The notes under the pieces were generated by a model. That model made no database searches. It saw only the letters and a list, made by a program, of their open reading frames with translations, and was not told the origin of the DNA. Below are positions 57,569 to 64,000 of a DNA stretch of 64,000 nt, piece after piece (the stretch's first letter is position 1; each line of letters begins with the position of its first letter). The DNA lies in the NCBI GenBank assembly GCA_041641295.1, contig JBEPYO010000001.1, forward strand, positions 1,472,001 through 1,536,000, read 5' to 3'. This DNA comes from Nitrososphaerota archaeon. GTDB lineage: Archaea > Thermoproteota > Nitrososphaeria_A > Caldarchaeales > Calditenuaceae. The position numbers were made by a program, and so were the translations under genes.

Positions 57569-59149
57569 CTATTTTTCCTTCACAACCGTCCGGGCCTGCT
57601 CTCTAAGGAAGTTTAGCAGATAGTGCGGCCCTCCGACGCCTCTACCTGTCGCGCCACTTGCCTTCCACCCTACAAACGTCTGGGCTCCTGGCCACGCGCC
57701 CGTTGTTGCGCCGCCGCGCCTGTTGGCATAGCAGACACCGAACTGGATCTCGTCAAAGAAGTACTTGACCTCCTCAGGGTCCTCTGAGAAGATGCCGGCT
57801 GTCAAGCCGTACTCCGTGTCGTTAGCCATCCTGAGCGCCTCTTGGAGTGTCTTGAAGGGTGAGACCAGGAGTATTGGGAGGAAGAGTTCGTCCCTCCATA
57901 GGTGATGCCCTGCGGGCAGGTCGGCGATTATTGTGGGCTGTACATAGTAGCCGCGGTCGAATATTCCGCCGGACAGAACTTCGCCGCCAAACAATATCCT
58001 ACCAGCCCTCCGAGCCTCCTCGACATATTTCTTGAAGTTCTCGACGGCCCGCTTATTGATTACAGGGCCCATGAACGTATCTTTCTCGCGGGGGTCTCCC
58101 ACCTTCAGCCTGCTCGTCTCAGCGACAAGCCTATCGAGGAACTTATCGATTATGGACTCTTGGATGTAGAGTCTAGACGTCGCTGAACACTTCTGGCCGC
58201 CATAGCCGAACGCGGCCCTGATAACTCCTGTGACCGCCTTCTCTATATCCGCTTTCTCAGTTACGATTGTGGGGTTCTTACTCCCCATCTCCAGTACGAT
58301 TGGCTTTGGATATGGCTGGCTCGTGAGGAACTTTCTATAAAGCCTCATACCCACGTCCCTCGACCCCGTGAATGCTATGCCCGCCACCCTAGTGTTTGTC
58401 GTGACCTCCTCCTCAAACACGTCGCCCGGCCCTGTAACATAGTTGATGACGCCGGGCGGGACCCCAGCATCCCTGAAGACCTGATATAGGAGCAGACCCG
58501 CGAAAGGCGCCTCACTAGTGGGCTTGAAGACTACCGTGTTACCTGTTATTAGTGCACCCAAGATCATGCCGTTGGCGAGCATGAATGGGAAGTTGAAGGG
58601 AGAGATCACAACCCACGCACCGTACGGCTTAGCAACCATTCTACACTCCTCGCCCGGAGCCCCGGGCCCCATCTCCCTCTCATATCCGTTATTCTTCTCC
58701 ATTATGTCTGCGTAGTAGCGTAGAGCGTCTATCGCCTCCCAGCATTCGGCAAGCGCCTCAAACCTATTCTTGCCGACCTCTAGGCATATGACGGCCGCTA
58801 TCTCGAACTTTCTCTCATCAATTATCTCAGCCGCCCTCCGTATAATAGCCACGCGCTCACGCCAGCTCCTCCTAGACCACTCGGCAAAAGCCTTGTCAGC
58901 GGCCTCAATCGCCCTAGCAACATGCTTCCGCTCGGCTTTCTGGAACTTTCCGATAAGAATTGAGGCGTCTATAGGGGACCTGTCCTCGAACTCGCCCGCC
59001 TCCGACCAGACCTCCTCTTCCCCGATATACATTGGGTGGCTCTTGCCAAGCATCTTATCTGTGACTTCCTTGAGAGCCTTCTCGAAGGCTGGGTGTATGC
59101 TAGGGTCGCTCATCAGTGTTACATATGTTATCTTGGCTCCGCTAGACAT
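57569..59149 (-). CDS. Aldehyde dehydrogenase, P5C-dehydrogenase (RocA/PutA)-like
   Basis: ISPFNFP, FKP, FTGS, LEMGSKN, GQKCSA, ELFLP, YGLT, N.R..TTGA..G.Q.F.GWK.SG. Confidence 0.88.
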   Translation of the reverse strand: MSSGAKITYVTLMSDPSIHPAFEKALKEVTDKMLGKSHPMYIGEEEVWSEAGEFEDRSPIDASILIGKFQKAERKHVARAIEAADKAFAEWSRRSWRERVAIIRRAAEIIDERKFEIAAVICLEVGKNRFEALAECWEAIDALRYYADIMEKNNGYEREMGPGAPGEECRMVAKPYGAWVVISPFNFPFMLANGMILGALITGNTVVFKPTSEAPFAGLLLYQVFRDAGVPPGVINYVTGPGDVFEEEVTTNTRVAGIAFTGSRDVGMRLYRKFLTSQPYPKPIVLEMGSKNPTIVTEKADIEKAVTGVIRAAFGYGGQKCSATSRLYIQESIIDKFLDRLVAETSRLKVGDPREKDTFMGPVINKRAVENFKKYVEEARRAGRILFGGEVLSGGIFDRGYYVQPTIIADLPAGHHLWRDELFLPILLVSPFKTLQEALRMANDTEYGLTAGIFSEDPEEVKYFFDEIQFGVCYANRRGGATTGAWPGAQTFVGWKASGATGRGVGGPHYLLNFLREQARTVVKEK

Positions 59150-59249
59150 CGGAATACAGTGGAGTGGAGTCTCGTAAAAGGGTTACGGGTGCCCCTAAGA
59201 CCACACGCGGCGCTCTATCCTTATTAACCTGAAAGCTTCCTAAAACTCG

Positions 59250-60638
59250 ATGGCTCCTATCAAGCTTGCAGTCATAGGTGCTGGGAGCGCCGTCTGGTCT
59301 ATCCGACTGATAGGCGATCTGTGCGTTACAAGGGATCTTTGGGGCTCTACAATAGTTTTGATGGATATTGACAAGAGGAGGCTCAGTGTAGTCTACGAGC
59401 TAGCTAAGAGGTATGCGCGGGAGACAGGTGCAGACTACAAGTTCATACATACAGACAACAGAGAGGAAGCGCTTAAGGATGCCGATTTCGTGATTAACGC
59501 AGCCCTTGCTGGAGGCCACCACAACTACGAGGTCCAGAGAAAAGTCGCTGAAGAACACGGTTACTACAGGGGCATCGATGCAGTAGACCATAACATGGTC
59601 TCGGACTACCACGTCTTCGGCGGCTATAACCAGTTCAAACTCTTCACAGACATTCTACTCGACATGGAGCGGCTCTGCCCAGACGCATGGCTCATCAACA
59701 TAGCCAACCCACTATTAGAGCTCTGCACCCTCGGCACTAGAGTATCCAAGATAAAGATAGTGGGACTCTGCCACGGGCACCTGGGGTACAGGGAGCTGGC
59801 CTCGGTCTTGGGCCTTGACTATAGGCGCGTAACATTCGAGGCACCCGGCCTCAACCACTGCATCTGGCTGACAGACTTCAGGTATGAGGGGGAGAACGCA
59901 TACCCCTTGATTGACGAGTGGATAGAGAAGTACTCGGCCGAGTATTGGCGTAGCTGGCAGCCGGAGTTCTGGGAGACACAGATGTCTCCTGCAGCCGTTG
60001 ACATGTACCGGAGATACGGGCTATTCCCTATAGGCGACACTACACGGAGCGGGGGATGGAAGTACCACTACAACCTCGAGACCAAGAAGAAATGGTATGG
60101 ACATCTGGGGGGTTTTGACTCCGAACTGGGGTGGGAGGCCTACCTATCATACCTCCGCAAACGGCTTGAGAGGCTTGAGGAGATCGCCTCAGACCCCTCC
60201 AAATCTATCACAGAGGAAGTCCCACCAGTCCTCAGCGACGAGTCCGTAGTCCCAGTGATAAACTCGATACACAACGACAAAGAGGCGATTTACCAAGTGA
60301 ATGTCCCTAACAATGGTGTAATACCAGGAATCCCCCATAACGTTGTAGTCGAGGTTCCAGCGGCCGTCTCTGCTAAGGGCGCTAGGCCGGTTCAGGTCAC
60401 ACCTCTGCCTAAGAGGGTGATGGAGATGGTGATCAAGCTGAGGATATTCAGGATGGAGCTCGGGCTTGAGGCCTTCCTAACCGGTGACAGGGACGTGCTA
60501 ATCGAGGAGCTGCTCAGCGACCCGCGGACGAAAAGCCTAGAGCAGGCCGAGAGGGTGCTGGACGCAATAATGAGTCTTGAATTTAACAGGGAGATGGCTG
60601 AGCACTACAGGAAGAGGGGAAAGGAGCTCGCACTTTAG
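59250..60638 (+). CDS. Family 4 glycoside hydrolase (NAD+/Mn2+-dependent alpha-glucosidase/galactosidase)
   Basis: IGAGSA, LMDID, ADFVIN, CPDAW..N.ANP, GLCHGH, GLNH..W, PIGDT, VVEVP. Confidence 0.93.
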   Translation: MAPIKLAVIGAGSAVWSIRLIGDLCVTRDLWGSTIVLMDIDKRRLSVVYELAKRYARETGADYKFIHTDNREEALKDADFVINAALAGGHHNYEVQRKVAEEHGYYRGIDAVDHNMVSDYHVFGGYNQFKLFTDILLDMERLCPDAWLINIANPLLELCTLGTRVSKIKIVGLCHGHLGYRELASVLGLDYRRVTFEAPGLNHCIWLTDFRYEGENAYPLIDEWIEKYSAEYWRSWQPEFWETQMSPAAVDMYRRYGLFPIGDTTRSGGWKYHYNLETKKKWYGHLGGFDSELGWEAYLSYLRKRLERLEEIASDPSKSITEEVPPVLSDESVVPVINSIHNDKEAIYQVNVPNNGVIPGIPHNVVVEVPAAVSAKGARPVQVTPLPKRVMEMVIKLRIFRMELGLEAFLTGDRDVLIEELLSDPRTKSLEQAERVLDAIMSLEFNREMAEHYRKRGKELAL

Positions 60639-60642
60639 ACTG

Positions 60643-61206
60643 CTACCACTCCATCGGCCTCCTTGAGAGTATCTCAGCACCGATGTGAGCTTTGTCTATG
60701 TGTTTGGATAGCTCGTGCGGAGTTCTGAACCTGGCGCCGCAGTAGGGGCATGAGACAACATCCTTCTCGACCTCCGGCAGAATGGATGTCCTAGTTGTCA
60801 GCCCTCCCACAAGGGCCATCAGGGTCAATACTCCCAAGATCTTTTTACCCTCTACAACCACCAGCCTCCTAACCTGTCTAGAAGCCATCAGGGCAATCGC
60901 CTCACTCAGCTTAGCCTTCGGGCTAATCGTTATGAGTGGTGATGACATGATCTCCCTTATCTTGGTGTTGTTTGGGTCGCGCCCCTCAGCCACAACCCTG
61001 TAGAGGATATCCCGCTCAGTAACTATGCCTACAGGATAACCCTCGCGTGAGATCAAGACACTTGTATGTCCACGTGCCCTCATCTCAACAGCAACTTCTC
61101 TAACACTGGCCTCCTCACCCACCACGATAAAGTCTGTAGTCATGTACTTCTCGACTTGCTCGTTTAAAGCCTCCCAGTCGCGCACATGAGTCAATCCGAA
61201 ATCCAT
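60643..61206 (-). CDS. CBS-pair protein with C-terminal C2H2 zinc finger
   Basis: GIVTERDIL, IMSSPLITI, VRRLVVV; CPYC...F.....L..H....H. Confidence 0.88.
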   Translation of the reverse strand: MDFGLTHVRDWEALNEQVEKYMTTDFIVVGEEASVREVAVEMRARGHTSVLISREGYPVGIVTERDILYRVVAEGRDPNNTKIREIMSSPLITISPKAKLSEAIALMASRQVRRLVVVEGKKILGVLTLMALVGGLTTRTSILPEVEKDVVSCPYCGARFRTPHELSKHIDKAHIGAEILSRRPMEW

Positions 61207-61238
61207 TAATAAATATCTACATCATCCTCGGGGCGGTC

Positions 61239-61907
61239 GTGAAGAGAAGGGTGGCCCTAAGCTGGAGTGGCGGAAAAGACTCTGCGATGGCATTTTATAC
61301 TCTGGCAAATCAGGCAAACCTACACGTAGACACGCTTCTAACCACCTATAACGAGTCGAATAACAGGGCTAGTATGCATGGCGTTAGGCTTGAACTCATA
61401 GAAAGGCAGGCCGAGAGGATGGGGGCTAGGCTCTTGAAGGTGCCCCTACCCCCGAATTGCAGCAATGAGATTTATTCGGAGAGGATGATGGAGGCCATCA
61501 GGGTCCTTGAAGCAGAGGGGATAAGGGAGATTGTCTTCGGCGACATCTTCCTAGAGGATGTGCGCCGATTCAGGGAAGAGAATCTTGCCAGAGTAAATTT
61601 CCGCGGCATCTTCCCGCTCTGGGGCAGAGATACTCGGGAGCTGGCGAGAGAGTTCCTTAGACTTGGATTTAAGGCAATCATATGTTGTGTTGACACCCAG
61701 CAAGCCCCCGCCGAGCTAATTGGCCTCGAGTATAGCTGGGAGCTATTAGAAAATATGCCCAGCGGAGTGGACCCCTGCGGCGAGAGGGGGGAGTTCCACA
61801 CATTTGTATATGACGGGCCAATCTTCCGGGAGCCGATACGGGTTGAGAGGGGAGAGACGGTCCTGCGGGATAACAGGTTTCTTTTTCTTGACCTACTCCC
61901 CTACTAG
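61239..61907 (+). CDS. PP-loop ATPase, Dph6/MJ0570-related
   Basis: SWSGGKDS, MHG, FGDI, PLW, DPCGE.GEFHTFV.DGP.F. Confidence 0.85.
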   Translation: MKRRVALSWSGGKDSAMAFYTLANQANLHVDTLLTTYNESNNRASMHGVRLELIERQAERMGARLLKVPLPPNCSNEIYSERMMEAIRVLEAEGIREIVFGDIFLEDVRRFREENLARVNFRGIFPLWGRDTRELAREFLRLGFKAIICCVDTQQAPAELIGLEYSWELLENMPSGVDPCGERGEFHTFVYDGPIFREPIRVERGETVLRDNRFLFLDLLPY

Positions 61908-62477
61908 TTGGGATGGGTTTTGGACGTTGAGAGAATAAACTCGGTTCTGAAGGAGATAGAGCGCCGCGCCAGCAGTGGAAGATACTTCTTCCCAATAATA
62001 GGGCCTGTGAAGGGAGAGCTCCTATACGCCTTCACACTCCTGGCACAGCCTCTACGAGTCCTAGAACTCGGAACAGGTATCGGATACTCGGCGCTACAGA
62101 TTGCGCGGGCGCTGAAGCCGGGGGCAAAGATCGTGACAGTCGATGCAGACGAGGAAAACGCGGATGAAGCACTGGACAACCTCAGGAGGGCGGGGGTAGA
62201 GGATTTGGTGACCGTTATTGTGGATGAGGCGGGGAGATACCTTCAGAATGACAAGTCTATCTACGACATGATCTTCATGGATATTGAGAAGTCGCGCTAC
62301 CTTGACTTGCTTGAAGACTGTATCTCGAGGCTCAGGCCAAATGGCATACTCGTCGCAGACAACGTGCTATGGCCGGAGCTACGGAGATTCCGTCAGGCCA
62401 TTATGACACATCCACAACTAGCCTCCGCAATAATTCACATTGAGGATGGCGTCTCACTGAGCGTAAAGAAGCTCTAA
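61908..62477 (+). CDS. SAM-dependent O-methyltransferase (YrrM/COMT-like)
   Basis: VLELGTGIGYSAL, YDMIFMD..K..Y, LRPNG.LVADNV. Confidence 0.88.
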   Translation: MGWVLDVERINSVLKEIERRASSGRYFFPIIGPVKGELLYAFTLLAQPLRVLELGTGIGYSALQIARALKPGAKIVTVDADEENADEALDNLRRAGVEDLVTVIVDEAGRYLQNDKSIYDMIFMDIEKSRYLDLLEDCISRLRPNGILVADNVLWPELRRFRQAIMTHPQLASAIIHIEDGVSLSVKKL

Positions 62478-63356
62478 AACAGACTCGATCATGACCACTA
62501 GGAATAGTATGGCTAGGTAGGGGCTGGTGAACTTGAATAGAGTCCAAGCGTTTCTTTGGCTTGGTCTTCGAAGAACCTTGAGCGAGAGTGCTAGTAGTGC
62601 GGTTCCCATTATTACTGCTGTGGCTAAGTAAGGCCCCTTCAAGAATCTACCGTCTAACACTGGCAACAAGATGGAGAAAGATACCAAAAGTATAACAGTC
62701 CCTGCTATACATCTAACGGCAACCCTCTCAGGCACGACTGTGGGGAGCATTGGTATCCCGGCCCGCATGTAGTCCTCTCTATACTTTAGGGCGAGGCTCC
62801 AGACATGGCTTGGAATCCAAAAGACCACAAGTAGGCCGAGGATTAACGCGGAGATGTCTATGAAACCGCTTGCGCTTGCATATCCGACTAAGACTGGTGC
62901 GGCGCCAGCGGGGCTTCCGAGCACAATGTTCCAAGCTGTCCTCCTCTTCGTCAGGACCACGTAGACCAAGACGTAGTCAAGTATTCCTAGTAGCATGGCT
63001 AGGAGGGCTGTGAGGTTGAGTAGGCTGGCTGATATCACTAGGGAAGCTGCTATAAGCGCGAGGCCGAATACCAGCGCCTTTTCAGGCGGCTGAATCAAGC
63101 CCCTCGGCAGGGGCCGCCTCCTAGTCCTCTCCATAACCGCGTCAATATCCCTCTCAAGATAGTTTGCCACACTCTCAGCTCCCGCAGACCCGCACACTAG
63201 AGCCAGGATAGAAGCAAGCAGTGTCACGGAGTTTGCAGATCCTCTCAAACCAGCCAGATACCCTGCTAGCCCTACGAAGACCAGGAGCCACCATACATTA
63301 GGCTTCGTGAGGCTAAAGTATGTATGGATTGTCTCTGTAATCGTCGTTGTCCTCAA
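62454..63356 (-). CDS. cyoE: Protoheme IX farnesyltransferase (heme O synthase)
   Basis: LTKP, N..ERDID..M.RT..RPLP.G, KRRT..N, FW.P.H.W.LA....EDY..AG.PMLP. Confidence 0.93.
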   Translation of the reverse strand: MRTTTITETIHTYFSLTKPNVWWLLVFVGLAGYLAGLRGSANSVTLLASILALVCGSAGAESVANYLERDIDAVMERTRRRPLPRGLIQPPEKALVFGLALIAASLVISASLLNLTALLAMLLGILDYVLVYVVLTKRRTAWNIVLGSPAGAAPVLVGYASASGFIDISALILGLLVVFWIPSHVWSLALKYREDYMRAGIPMLPTVVPERVAVRCIAGTVILLVSFSILLPVLDGRFLKGPYLATAVIMGTALLALSLKVLRRPSQRNAWTLFKFTSPYLAILFLVVMIESVLELLYAQ

Positions 63357-63444
63357 TGTTCGGGCACCATAGCAATCCAGTGCCGAGCCACTATTTATCT
63401 CGTCTCAAGAAACATTGAGTGTGGCTCGTCATAATCAAAGTTAA

Positions 63445-64000
63445 ATGCTACAGTGGGCGGCAGTTGTTTCGGAAGTGCGTCCTAGTCAGGTCTTGGCTGG
63501 TCAGACAGGGAGGCTCTGGGCATCCTTCCTCTGCTATACGATATCGACCTCCATGACAGGCCCCCTTATAGGGCTCTACGCCTATAGGCTCGGAGCCTCA
63601 CCAGGCGAGATAGGAGTGATATATGGGATAGCGGCGCTCACAACCTTCCTCACCAGACTACCCTTAGCCTCTCTACAGAGTAGGCTGGGTTCAAAATTTC
63701 TAATCAGGGCCGGAGTGATCACCAACTCCACCTCCCTTCTGCTCTATGCACTCTCGCCCTCTATTCCATTCATGTTTGTCGCTAGTGGGCTACGCGGTAT
63801 AGGCTTTGCGAGTTTTCACCCTCCGGCCCTGTCAGAGGCCGTTAGGCTGTCGGGTAATAACCAGCGGCTTGGATGGGTTATGACTGCCCCGCCACTAGGT
63901 ATGACACTAGGCCCGCTCTTGTCCTCAACGCTACTGGCATTTCTTAGGGTTAGGCTTGAACCTAGCTTAGCCTATAGCGCCACGTTCATGGCTGGAGCGG
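63445..64000 (+). CDS. MFS transporter, 5' part (truncated by window edge; not in ORF track)
   Basis: Manual translation ..LWASFLCYTISTSMTGPLIGLYAYRLGASPGEIGVIYGIAALTTFLTRLPLASLQSRLGSK..; start ATG 63445 or GTG 63475. Confidence 0.8.
   Translation, partial: MLQWAAVVSEVRPSQVLAGQTGRLWASFLCYTISTSMTGPLIGLYAYRLGASPGEIGVIYGIAALTTFLTRLPLASLQSRLGSKFLIRAGVITNSTSLLLYALSPSIPFMFVASGLRGIGFASFHPPALSEAVRLSGNNQRLGWVMTAPPLGMTLGPLLSSTLLAFLRVRLEPSLAYSATFMAGA

Overview
Chromosomal window of a probably thermophilic TACK archaeon. The thermosome, Rpo6, EgsA, tetraether synthase, heme O synthase and Thaumarchaeota-like his gene order suggest an Aigarchaeota/Caldarchaeales-like lineage (inference). The backbone carries two sugar ABC loci, a partial his operon, thermosome-rpoK, 2-oxoacid:ferredoxin oxidoreductase, a MoxR/DUF58 surface-protein operon, a ThiW/ThiDN thiamine-salvage cluster, SufS, Tes, Nob1/NAD kinase/EgsA and GH4. 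An AT-rich accessory island (~37.3-47.2 kb) holds a Type III R-M system and a PD-(D/E)XK nuclease. Both mod and the nuclease are frameshifted at A7 tracts, and a 73-nt tRNA-like element overlaps the nuclease stop codon. Other leads: a divergent regulator pair plus palindrome upstream of tes, an unknown P-loop protein filling the thiazole-kinase gap between thiW and thiDN, an unannotated aCcr1/CdrS-like RHH gene, and abrupt A/C versus G/T synonymous-site tracts. No CRISPR array, rRNA, intact tRNA, integrase or transposase was seen. All family calls come from motif recognition by eye, not database searches.
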